A stretch of DNA of 64,000 nucleotides from Eggerthellaceae bacterium (GTDB lineage Bacteria; Bacillota; Clostridia; Christensenellales; UBA1242), in the NCBI GenBank assembly GCA_963602685.1, contig CAVCJG010000003.1, positions 560 to 64,559 on the forward strand. The letters are read 5' to 3'. This document shows positions 36,628 to 45,058 of the stretch, piece by piece. The number at the start of each line of letters is the position of its first letter. The first letter of the stretch is position 1. The position numbers were made by a program, and so were the translations under genes. A model generated the notes under the pieces. It searched no databases. It was not told the DNA's origin and saw only the letters and a program-made list of their open reading frames with translations.

Positions 36628-37302
36628 TTATATCATACTTTCATTTCCGTCTGCAAGCACAATTGGCTGATTTGTTGAAATTACTATATTTTCAACGTGC
36701 CCGTCTCTATCAAGCACGCTAAACAGCCAAAACACTTCGTTGAATCCGCCCGTCAAACTGTCGAGCACCTTCAAATAACATTCGCCATTAAACTTGTCCT
36801 GATTGCAAAGCGGAGTGATAAATTCCTGCATCGTTTCTACTCCAAGTTTAATTGCTTGTTGTGCCGAAACTCCGAACTCTGCACTTTTGCACACTAAATT
36901 TGCACTTTTTTGCCCAACTTTTATGGAAATTTGCTCATTTCCTGTTAATTTTCTTTCTAAGTCGGCAACATGATTGGCGGTTTTATAATTAAATTCAAGC
37001 AGCACATTTTGCTCTTGTCCATCAATTACAACGCACGCCATTTCGTCATCACACGAATCAAGTTGTGCGGTTATCAACGCAAAATCAACTTTGTTTTGGC
37101 TGTAACCATCATAGGCATATGGATCTTCCCTTTTGCCGGAACAAAGCGAAACACTAAATTGCGAATTGTCCGAAAAATAATAAACGTCGCTCATTTCTGA
37201 CATATTTTCGCGAACAAGACTGAGTTCGTCATATTGCGCGCACCCCGCCATACCCACACACGCCGCAACAAATGCAAGCGCAAATAAAAATTTCTTTTTC
37301 AT
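36628..37302 (-). CDS. Putative lipoprotein (224 aa), function unknown
   Basis: The track ORF is 265 aa. I place the start at ATG 37302 (MKKKFLFALAFVAACVGMAGCAQYDE, lipobox MAGC), which has a GGGAGAG RBS. Confidence 0.75.
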   Translation of the reverse strand: MKKKFLFALAFVAACVGMAGCAQYDELSLVRENMSEMSDVYYFSDNSQFSVSLCSGKREDPYAYDGYSQNKVDFALITAQLDSCDDEMACVVIDGQEQNVLLEFNYKTANHVADLERKLTGNEQISIKVGQKSANLVCKSAEFGVSAQQAIKLGVETMQEFITPLCNQDKFNGECYLKVLDSLTGGFNEVFWLFSVLDRDGHVENIVISTNQPIVLADGNESMI

Positions 37303-37330
37303 ATTTTCTCTCCCATAAACAACATATGTT

Positions 37331-37357
37331 TTGATTTTTGCGAAAATATGATATAAT
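37331..37357 (+). promoter_or_regulatory. Extended -10 promoter placed for a leaderless fba transcript
   Basis: TGaTATAAT (TATAAT at 37352-37357) is followed by 7 nt (ttgtcat, no SD) and then ATG 37365. TTGATT at 37331-37336 is only 15 nt upstream, so it is a weak or absent -35. Confidence 0.5.
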
Positions 37358-37364
37358 TTGTCAT

Positions 37365-38288
37365 ATGAAAGATTTAATGTTTTATTATAAAAAAGCAAAT
37401 AAAAAAGGTTTCGCGCTTGGCGCATTCAATTTTTCAAGCCTAGAAGGGCTTAAAGCAATTTGTACAGCGGCCGAAAACCAACACAGTCCAGTAATCATCG
37501 CAGTCAGCGAAGGCGCTTTGTCATTTATGGGCGGTGAATACATCAAAGCGGTAGTAGCCGTTGCTAAAAAACAATACAAAGCCCCAATATTTTTGCATCT
37601 TGACCACGGCAAAAGTTTTGAAGTGTGCAAAAAAGCAATCGCCCTTGGCTTTGACAGCGTGATGATTGACGCAAGCGCTCTTGAATTTAACGAAAATGTT
37701 GCGCTTACAAAAAAAGTTGTAAAATATGCACACCAAAAAGGAATTTTCGTTGAAGGCGAACTCGGCCAACTTAAAGGCGTCGAAGACAATGTCTCTTGCG
37801 ACGAACATCACTTCACCGACCCAGAGCAAGCGAAATTGTTCGTAGAACAAACGGGCGTAGACAGCCTTGCCGTTGCGATTGGAACAAGCCACGGTGCTTA
37901 CAAATTTTCGGGTGAAAGCAAATTGCGATTTGATATTCTTTCGCAAATTGAAAACGCACTACCAAAAGGCTATCCGCTTGTGCTTCACGGTGCTTCGTCA
38001 GTAGATGAAAAACTTGTTGAAAGCATAAACGCGCTTGGCGGCAACTTAGGAAAACCAAAAGGCGTTGATGAAAACCTTACTCATATCGCTTTAACTGAGC
38101 ACAATGTGGTAAAAATCAACACCGACACCGATTTAAGAATTGCCTTCACCGAAGGCGTTCGCCGCAGCCTTACCGAACATCCAGAAAACTTTGACCAACG
38201 CAAATATCTTGCTCAAGGAATGGACGGCATGCAAAAAGTTGTTGAAAGAAAAATGCAGCAACTTTTAAATTCATCAAATCAAGCATAA
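37365..38288 (+). CDS. fba: Class II fructose-1,6-bisphosphate aldolase
   Basis: The start is taken at ATG 37365 (MKDLMFYYKKANKKGFALGAFNFSSLEG...); the track start at 37338 is a TTG. Motifs are IFLHLDHG, DGS-equivalent MIDAS, GELG, IGTSHGAYKF and VLHGASS, typical of class II FBA. Confidence 0.92.
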   Translation: MKDLMFYYKKANKKGFALGAFNFSSLEGLKAICTAAENQHSPVIIAVSEGALSFMGGEYIKAVVAVAKKQYKAPIFLHLDHGKSFEVCKKAIALGFDSVMIDASALEFNENVALTKKVVKYAHQKGIFVEGELGQLKGVEDNVSCDEHHFTDPEQAKLFVEQTGVDSLAVAIGTSHGAYKFSGESKLRFDILSQIENALPKGYPLVLHGASSVDEKLVESINALGGNLGKPKGVDENLTHIALTEHNVVKINTDTDLRIAFTEGVRRSLTEHPENFDQRKYLAQGMDGMQKVVERKMQQLLNSSNQA

Positions 38289-38320
38289 AAAAAAGAAGTT
38301 GAAATTCAACTTCTTTTTTG
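38289..38320. terminator. Bidirectional intrinsic terminator (convergent fba and 615-aa gene)
   Basis: The sequence is aaaaaaaagaagttgaa-a-ttcaacttctttttt, with arms at 38294-38303 and 38305-38314 flanked by an A-run and a T-run. Confidence 0.75.
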
Positions 38321-38323
38321 TTT

Positions 38324-40171
38324 TTAAACTATTGGCAAAACTTCGTCGCGGGCTGCATTTGCTACTTTTTCTGCTTCTTCTTTTGTAAGTCCAGCCTCTT
38401 CAATCAGTTTAAGCTTGTCAGCTTTGCTAAGTTCTCTGTATCCTTTTAATTTTTCTGCTTTATCCGATATGTCTCCAAATACAATTTTAATCGCTTCTTG
38501 TTCTTCTTCGGTCAACTTGTATTTTTCAATCGTTTTTTCTCTTTGTTTTTGTGCTTTCTTAAGTGCGATTGTGCCTTCAATTTCAGCTTCCTTTTGAGCG
38601 AAAACTGTAAATTCTTTTTCAGCATCTTTGTTGCCTTCAAGAACAATTCCTTTATTTTTTACCTTGAACGCAAGTCCACCCTGCATAATCATAAAAATTT
38701 TGCAAACTTTGTCTCTGTCTTTTTTCTTAACAATCCCTTTATAGGCATCAGTCATTGCTTGGTGCATATACTTTTTATAGTCGTTTAAAGGACTTCTTGG
38801 CGCTTTTACTTCAGCACTCTTATCTGTGCTTCTTGCTGCAACCAAACCAGCCATTCTAGCAGATGTTGGGTCAGCAGCTGCTGCATCTTCATCTACCAAT
38901 TCGATTGTTCTTGTATAAGGAAGTCCAAGTTCTTCAACTTTTTTAACTGCTTTTTTAACAATTTCAAGTCTTTTTTCTGGAGATTCAACTCTGTCAAGGC
39001 ATTGAGCAAGAGGAATTGCAAATGCTTGTTGCAGACGTTCTTTATTCTTGCCTTCTAAACCAGCAAATTCAATCATTAAAAGGTTTGCAATGCAAAGCCA
39101 TGCGCCATCTTCAAAATTATCAATGGTTTTATCTTTTTCGTCTTTCAACATTTGTTTGTCATAATACTTTATTGCTCCAAGAAGGTCAGTATCATGAGCA
39201 CCATTTGATCTGAATGCGTTGTCGGCTTCGGCTGCTGTTGTGTAATTTTTAACGTCTTCTCTAAATACTACTCTTCCTTTTTCATCAATGTAAAAAACGC
39301 GGTAGTTTGATTTTCCTTCATCAAGAGCCACAGAAATATCTTTAAAGTCAGGTGAAGCCATGGTTTGAATCATATTAAGCATTACGCAGTTGTAGAAGTT
39401 TTTAGCCACATCTGAATCAATTTTGATTGCGCTTGTTGCATTTATTTTTTCAATTTGTTGTTTTGCAAGTTCGCTTGCAACTTCTCTGATTGTGAAAACA
39501 TCCATCATTTCATCTTTTTGATTGTTGTAAGCGTTTGTATATTTTTTAAGTGCATTAAGAATGCCGCCGTTTTTTGGTTCAACAAGTCCGTTGAAAAGAT
39601 ATGTTAATGTGTCTTGTTTTGATTGTTCGCTTGTTACAATACCATCAACCAAGCCATTTTCAACGGCAAGATAAGTTGCTAAATAAGCAACAACTTCTCT
39701 AGCGCTGTAAAGTGATGCGCTTCTTTCGTCAGTTTTATCTTCAACAAGTTTTGCTAATGGTGAGTCGCTTTTAATTTCATAACGGTCGTCCTTCCCCCAT
39801 TTTCCTTTAACAATGTCAAATGAGTTTTTCATTTCGGTCATTACGGCATTATAAAATTCATTAGCCCTATTACAAGCATTAACAATGTCTGCTGCAAATT
39901 TTGTTTTTGTGTCTGGTTCAGCAACAAAAGCGCCTGTGTTTTGATATTGCTCTAAATCTTTGTAACTATTACCTAATGATTTCCAGTAAAAAGCCACTAA
40001 TGCTTCATACATTTTAAAATCAGTAACGCAAAACGCATAAAGCACAGCGAGTTCTTGTGCTGAGTAATTTTTAATGCCTGGAATGAAAGATTCTATAGCC
40101 GCTTTTCTAACACTTGCTGCATTTATATTTTTCAATTCGTTTGGATTTAAAATGAAATCAGAAATTGTCAT
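38324..40171 (-). CDS. Hypothetical protein (615 aa), no recognisable family
   Basis: The track ORF is 662 aa. I place the start at ATG 40171 (MTISDFILNPNELK...), which has a strong AAGGAGGGGG RBS. The protein is soluble and probably helical, with a Lys/Glu-rich C-terminal third. Confidence 0.75.
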   Translation of the reverse strand: MTISDFILNPNELKNINAASVRKAAIESFIPGIKNYSAQELAVLYAFCVTDFKMYEALVAFYWKSLGNSYKDLEQYQNTGAFVAEPDTKTKFAADIVNACNRANEFYNAVMTEMKNSFDIVKGKWGKDDRYEIKSDSPLAKLVEDKTDERSASLYSAREVVAYLATYLAVENGLVDGIVTSEQSKQDTLTYLFNGLVEPKNGGILNALKKYTNAYNNQKDEMMDVFTIREVASELAKQQIEKINATSAIKIDSDVAKNFYNCVMLNMIQTMASPDFKDISVALDEGKSNYRVFYIDEKGRVVFREDVKNYTTAAEADNAFRSNGAHDTDLLGAIKYYDKQMLKDEKDKTIDNFEDGAWLCIANLLMIEFAGLEGKNKERLQQAFAIPLAQCLDRVESPEKRLEIVKKAVKKVEELGLPYTRTIELVDEDAAAADPTSARMAGLVAARSTDKSAEVKAPRSPLNDYKKYMHQAMTDAYKGIVKKKDRDKVCKIFMIMQGGLAFKVKNKGIVLEGNKDAEKEFTVFAQKEAEIEGTIALKKAQKQREKTIEKYKLTEEEQEAIKIVFGDISDKAEKLKGYRELSKADKLKLIEEAGLTKEEAEKVANAARDEVLPIV

Positions 40172-40312
40172 TTTCCCCCTCCTTAACAAAATATTTTTTT
40201 GTTTACATGATATTATAACACTTTCTGCTGAAAATTTCAAGATGTTATTTAAAAAAAAGTTGGAAAATGCCCCTTCTGCAAAATTGCTGTTTTTAAGCCG
40301 TTTTTTCGACAA

Positions 40313-41323
40313 TTATTTAAGCGTAACAAGCGCTTCTTTCATCTGCCCGTCGCGAATAAATTTAACAAGCACATTGTCGCCTTTGTTGTATGCAAAAACC
40401 GATTTTCGAAGCGACAGCAAATTGTCTATATCATAGTCGCCAACTTTGACAACCAAATCGCCTTTTTGGATGCCCGCTTTAGCTGCCGGCCCATCTGTTG
40501 AAACGGTGTAAACGCCTTGACTTGAAAGATTTTGACCATTTGCAAGCGCAATATCGCTGTCAAATCCAAAAATTCCAAGATATGCGGATTGATAGTTTGG
40601 ATTTTGTTTAAGTTTTTCGACAACTAAACTTGCCGTTTCAATCGGAATGGCAAATCCTATTCCTTCGCCTTCTGTGGCTTTTAAAGTGTTAATCCCAATA
40701 ACTTGCCCTTGACTGTTTATAAGCGGTCCGCCAGAATTGCCGGGATTTATTGGCGCATCATGCTGAATCAATGATTGCAAAAAACTTACTCCCGAAGAAG
40801 TTTCAGTCTCCAATGTTCTGTTTATTGCGCTGACAATTCCGTGCGTGACGGTGTGTTTAAATTCAAGCGTAAGCGGCGTTCCAAGCGCAAAAACTTCTTC
40901 GCCGATTTGTGGCACGCTTGTTTCGATGCCTAAATATGGAATGACTTTCGACGACGAAATTATGGCAAGGTCAAGCCCTGCATCTGACCACATAAGTTTG
41001 GCTTGTCCGGTGGTTTTATCGGCATAATAAAGTGTGATTTTTTTGCCGTCTTCAACCACGTGATTATTTGTTAAAATAAGCCCGCCATCCGAAATTGCCA
41101 CTCCACTGCCAATAGCATAGCCATCAGGATATGAAACAGAAATTCCGACGACGGCGCTTCTAGCTTCTTCCAGCATATCGCTTGTTGAAGCCGCGCTTTC
41201 GGTTGCTATGCGACGCACGCTCATGTCAACGCTTTGGTCGGCCACTTCGCCACTTCCACAACCTGTAAGCATCAACACCGACGCCATAGCAAGCGCACCA
41301 GCACAATAAAAAAGTTTCTTCAT
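40313..41323 (-). CDS. htrA: HtrA/DegP-family serine protease with PDZ domain, lipoprotein-type signal
   Basis: The start is at ATG 41323 (MKKLFYCAGALAMASVLMLTGCGSG, lipobox LTGC), with an AAAAAGGAG RBS. The catalytic residues are His in LTNNHVV and Ser in GNSGGPL. The C-terminal PDZ reads GVYTVSTDGPAAKAGIQKGDLVVKVG. Confidence 0.9.
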   Translation of the reverse strand: MKKLFYCAGALAMASVLMLTGCGSGEVADQSVDMSVRRIATESAASTSDMLEEARSAVVGISVSYPDGYAIGSGVAISDGGLILTNNHVVEDGKKITLYYADKTTGQAKLMWSDAGLDLAIISSSKVIPYLGIETSVPQIGEEVFALGTPLTLEFKHTVTHGIVSAINRTLETETSSGVSFLQSLIQHDAPINPGNSGGPLINSQGQVIGINTLKATEGEGIGFAIPIETASLVVEKLKQNPNYQSAYLGIFGFDSDIALANGQNLSSQGVYTVSTDGPAAKAGIQKGDLVVKVGDYDIDNLLSLRKSVFAYNKGDNVLVKFIRDGQMKEALVTLK

Positions 41324-41356
41324 AATTTTCTCCTTTTTAGGAGTCACGAAGAAACC

Positions 41357-42139
41357 TTAAAGCTTAAACAATGTTCCAGGCTGCGATGTTGCGACGTCAA
41401 TCTTTACATGCACGCCTTCAATGATTCCCCAGTTTTTGAGTTTGTCTGAAATATAGTTGTATGCCAGACTTGGAGAATTGTTTTCTCTGCTTAAGTGCGA
41501 CAGAACAATCTGTCGACTGCCACTTTCGACAAGACGTTTAATAATCATAGCGCTTTCGTCATTTGATATATGCCCGTGCCCACCGGCAATGCGGTTTTTA
41601 AGAGCAAGCGGATATTTTGTTCCCTCTCTAAGCATCGTCTTGTCATAGTTCGCTTCAAGGTAAACCAGTTGGCTCCCGCGAATACTGTCAAGTATTCTGT
41701 CGTTAGTATGCCCAACATCTGTCAAAATACTTATCTTCGCGCCATTATTTTCAAACACATATCCAAAGCATGGCACATCGTGATTGAGCGGCACGGCATG
41801 AACAGTTATGTCGCGCAGCATAAACGATTCCGTCTCAAAAAAGCGGCGGTTTTTCGGTGGAGTTTTTAAAAGTTTGTATTTCATATTTTCCCACACATCC
41901 TTGTGCGCAAAAATAGGTTTGTCGTATTTGTATGAAAAAGCATCGACGCCTTTTATGTGGTCGTTGTGCTCGTGCGTAACCAAAATTACATCAATTTGCG
42001 AAGGTTTAACACCGATAAGGTCAAGCCTTTTAACCGCCTCAGAGCATGACAAACCTATGTCAATCAAAACCTTGACTTTTTCGCTTTCGAGATATGTCAT
42101 GTTTCCATCGCTGCCCGATGCTAATGATATTATTCGCAT
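41357..42139 (-). CDS. MBL-fold metallo-hydrolase (YycJ/WalJ-like)
   Basis: It contains MRIISLASGSDGNMTYLE...VTHEHNDHIKG, with the HxHxDH motif. I prefer ATG 42139 (the third codon of the track ORF), which matches the usual YycJ N-terminus and sits 6 nt from a -10 box. The order yycJ-like then htrA mirrors the tail of the Bacillus walRK operon. Confidence 0.85.
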   Translation of the reverse strand: MRIISLASGSDGNMTYLESEKVKVLIDIGLSCSEAVKRLDLIGVKPSQIDVILVTHEHNDHIKGVDAFSYKYDKPIFAHKDVWENMKYKLLKTPPKNRRFFETESFMLRDITVHAVPLNHDVPCFGYVFENNGAKISILTDVGHTNDRILDSIRGSQLVYLEANYDKTMLREGTKYPLALKNRIAGGHGHISNDESAMIIKRLVESGSRQIVLSHLSRENNSPSLAYNYISDKLKNWGIIEGVHVKIDVATSQPGTLFKL

Positions 42140-42145
42140 GAGCAT

Positions 42146-42174
42146 ATTTTAGCATTTTTCACATAATTTTGCAA
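42146..42174 (-). promoter_or_regulatory. Sigma-A-type promoter placed for a leaderless MBL-hydrolase transcript
   Basis: On the minus strand: TTGCAA (42174-42169), a 17-nt spacer, TGcTAAAAT (TAAAAT at 42151-42146), then 6 nt before ATG 42139. Confidence 0.5.
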
Positions 42175-42180
42175 GAAAAA

Positions 42181-42208
42181 ACAAAAAATGAAGCATTTTT
42201 TGCTCCAT
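42181..42208 (-). terminator. Intrinsic terminator after uvrA
   Basis: On the minus strand: atggagca-aaaaa-tgcttcat (one mismatch) followed by TTTTTTGT. It starts 3 nt after the uvrA stop at 42211. Confidence 0.6.
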
Positions 42209-42210
42209 TT

Positions 42211-45045
42211 TTATTGTTTTAAAACATTTTTAAGAAATTTTCCTGTCCATGATTTTTCATTTTTTGCAACTTCTTCAGGCGTTCCAGTGGCGACAACTTC
42301 GCCTCCGCCCGAGCCGCCTTCTGGCCCCAAATCAATGATTTGATCGGCGCATTTAATCACGTCCAAATTGTGTTCAATCACTACAACGCTGTTTCCATTG
42401 CCAACCAATCTGTCAAGAATAGCGACAAGCTTTTTAACGTCATACATATGCAGCCCAGTGGTTGGCTCATCAAGAATATAAAACGTTTTGCCTGTCTCAC
42501 GTTTTGAAAGTTCGGTTGCAAGTTTAACTCTCTGCGCTTCTCCGCCCGAAAGTTCGGTTGCGGGTTGTCCAAGTTTAATATATGACAAACCAACATCATA
42601 AAGCGCTTGCAATTTGTTTTTGATTGTTGGAATGTTTTCAAAAAACTTCAACGCTTCTTCAACTGTCATATCAAGCACTTCTGAAATAGTCTTGCCTTTA
42701 TATTTGACTTCAAGCGTTTCATGGTTATAACGTTTTCCCTTGCACACTTCGCAAGGAACAGTAATGTCTGGCAAGAAATACATTTCGATTTCTTTTACGC
42801 CCGCGCCATCACACGCTTCGCATCGTCCACCTTTAACGTTGAATGAAAATCTGCTTGAAGTATAGCCACGCATCTTTGCATCCGCTGTCGCAGCAAACAG
42901 TTCTCTGATTGGAGTAAACAATCCCGTGTATGTTGCTGGATTGCTTCGAGGCGTTCTGCCGATTGGTGCTTGGTCGATGCAAATAACTTTATCAAGTTGC
43001 TCGACACCTTCAATCTTTGCGAATTTTCCTTCTTCAATGTGACTGCCGTTAAGTAAATTTGACAAGTGTGGATAAAGCACGCCGTTGACAAGGCTAGACT
43101 TTCCACTGCCCGACACGCCAGTAACAGCAGTAAACACGCCAAGCGGGATTTTAACGTTCATCTTTTTCAAGTTGTTTTGAGCAGCGCCCGTAACTGTCAA
43201 ATAACCACTTGGTTTTCGGCGTGAAGTCGGAATTGCGATTTTTTCTTCTCCGCGCAAAAATTTAGCAGTGATTGAATTTGGATTTTTCATAACTTCTTCA
43301 ACCGGGCCGCTAGCCACAATCTCTCCGCCGTGAACACCGGCATAAGGCCCAACGTCGACAAGCCAATCGGCCGCGCGCATTGTGTCTTCGTCGTGTTCTA
43401 CAACAATCAACGTGTTTCCTAAATCGCGAAGATTTTTAAGCGTAGCAAGTAGTTTTTCGTTGTCTCTCTGATGCAGTCCAATGCTAGGTTCGTCCAAAAT
43501 ATAAAGCACGCCAACAAGTCCCGAGCCAATTTGCGTAGCAAGTCTAATTCTTTGCGACTCACCGCCCGATAAGCTTTCAGCCGAACGTGAAAGAGTCAAA
43601 TATCCAAGCCCGACGTCAGAAAGGAATTTCAAACGTGCGACAACTTCTTTTAAAATGCTTTCTGCAATCACCATTTTATATTTAGGCAATTTGATGTTTT
43701 GCATATAAGGCAACAATTCACTAACTGGCATATCGCACATGTCAATTATGTCTTTGCCGTCAATTTTAATCGCAAGTGCGGATTCATTTAAACGTTTTCC
43801 GCCGCAAACTTTACATGTTTGATTGCGCAAAAACTTGCCGATTTCAAAGCGCATAAATTCGCTTTTTGTTTCTGCCAGTCTGCGTTTTAAGTTGTTTACA
43901 AGCCCTTCAAAACTGAGCGCATGATTTCCTCTCCATCGCTCTGCCATTTTGTTGCGATATTGGTCGCCAAAGATATCCATCTTTTCGCCACCATTGCCAT
44001 ACAAAAATATGTCAATCGCCTTTTTAGGCAAATCTTTAACAGGAACATTTAGTGGAATATCATATTTATTGCTGAGCGCGTCGAAATAAAGTTTCGCCAT
44101 GCTGCCTTCTTCATATCTCCAACCTGTCAAGTTGAAAGCACCCTGCTCAACCGACAAATGCGAATTTTTAAGCACAATGCTCTCATCAATGTCAGCTATT
44201 TCGCCAAGGCCTGAACAATTTGGGCAAGCCCCAAAAGGTGCGTTAAACGAAAAAAGTCTTGGAGTGATTTCTTCAAGGGTCCAGCCGCAAGTTGGGCAAG
44301 AATAATTTGTTGAATAAAGTTCTTCTTGTTCGTCAAATGAAACAATAGCAAGCCCATCGGTAAGTTTTAAAGCAGCTTCCAAACTTTCATTTAAACGCCC
44401 TTCAATTCCTTCTTTTAAAACAATGCGGTCGATAACAACCTTGATTTCGTGCTTTATGTTTTTATCAAGTTCAATTTGTTCATCAAGCGTATACATGCTT
44501 CCGTCAACTTCAACGCGCACATATCCACTTTTTTTCAAACTTTCAAAAAGTTTTGCAAACGCACCTTTCTCTTTTCTTACAACAGGACTGAGAATGGTGA
44601 GTTTCGTTCCCGCTGGACGCGTCATAACATCTTCAACAATTTGGTCGATAGTCTGACGCGAAATTGCTTTATGACAATGTGGACAATAAGCCGTGCCAAC
44701 ACGCGCAAACAACAATCTTAAATAATCATAAATTTCGGTGACTGTGCCCACAGTAGAGCGAGGGTTGTGGTTGGTTGTTTTTTGGTCTATCGAAATTGCA
44801 GGCGACAACCCGTCGATTGATTCAACATCTGGCTTTTGCGCCTGACCTAAAAACATACGCGCATAAGAAGAAAGACTTTCAATATATCGCCGTTGTCCCT
44901 CAGCAAAAATCGTGCCAAAAGCAAGCGACGTCTTCCCCGACCCGCTTACACCAGTAAACACAATCAATTTTTCACGTGGAAGGGTAAGGTTGATGTTTTT
45001 TAAATTATTTTCCTTCGCCCCCACGATTGTAATGTTTTCTTCCAT
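42211..45045 (-). CDS. uvrA: Excinuclease ABC subunit A
   Basis: The 944-aa ORF has two ABC modules (Walker A GVSGSGKTSLAF and GVSGSGKSSLV; signatures LSGGESQRIRLA and LSGGEAQRVKLA) and zinc modules (CPHC..., CPTCG...CPNCSG, CEACDGAG...CEVCKG). Confidence 0.98.
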   Translation of the reverse strand: MEENITIVGAKENNLKNINLTLPREKLIVFTGVSGSGKTSLAFGTIFAEGQRRYIESLSSYARMFLGQAQKPDVESIDGLSPAISIDQKTTNHNPRSTVGTVTEIYDYLRLLFARVGTAYCPHCHKAISRQTIDQIVEDVMTRPAGTKLTILSPVVRKEKGAFAKLFESLKKSGYVRVEVDGSMYTLDEQIELDKNIKHEIKVVIDRIVLKEGIEGRLNESLEAALKLTDGLAIVSFDEQEELYSTNYSCPTCGWTLEEITPRLFSFNAPFGACPNCSGLGEIADIDESIVLKNSHLSVEQGAFNLTGWRYEEGSMAKLYFDALSNKYDIPLNVPVKDLPKKAIDIFLYGNGGEKMDIFGDQYRNKMAERWRGNHALSFEGLVNNLKRRLAETKSEFMRFEIGKFLRNQTCKVCGGKRLNESALAIKIDGKDIIDMCDMPVSELLPYMQNIKLPKYKMVIAESILKEVVARLKFLSDVGLGYLTLSRSAESLSGGESQRIRLATQIGSGLVGVLYILDEPSIGLHQRDNEKLLATLKNLRDLGNTLIVVEHDEDTMRAADWLVDVGPYAGVHGGEIVASGPVEEVMKNPNSITAKFLRGEEKIAIPTSRRKPSGYLTVTGAAQNNLKKMNVKIPLGVFTAVTGVSGSGKSSLVNGVLYPHLSNLLNGSHIEEGKFAKIEGVEQLDKVICIDQAPIGRTPRSNPATYTGLFTPIRELFAATADAKMRGYTSSRFSFNVKGGRCEACDGAGVKEIEMYFLPDITVPCEVCKGKRYNHETLEVKYKGKTISEVLDMTVEEALKFFENIPTIKNKLQALYDVGLSYIKLGQPATELSGGEAQRVKLATELSKRETGKTFYILDEPTTGLHMYDVKKLVAILDRLVGNGNSVVVIEHNLDVIKCADQIIDLGPEGGSGGGEVVATGTPEEVAKNEKSWTGKFLKNVLKQ

Positions 45046-45058
45046 AATTTCTGCCTTT

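Noticed and set aside
37385-38058. 134-, 141- and 81-aa minus-strand ORFs antisense to fba
   Set aside because: They lie inside a clearly conserved class II aldolase gene and have no RBS or family resemblance.
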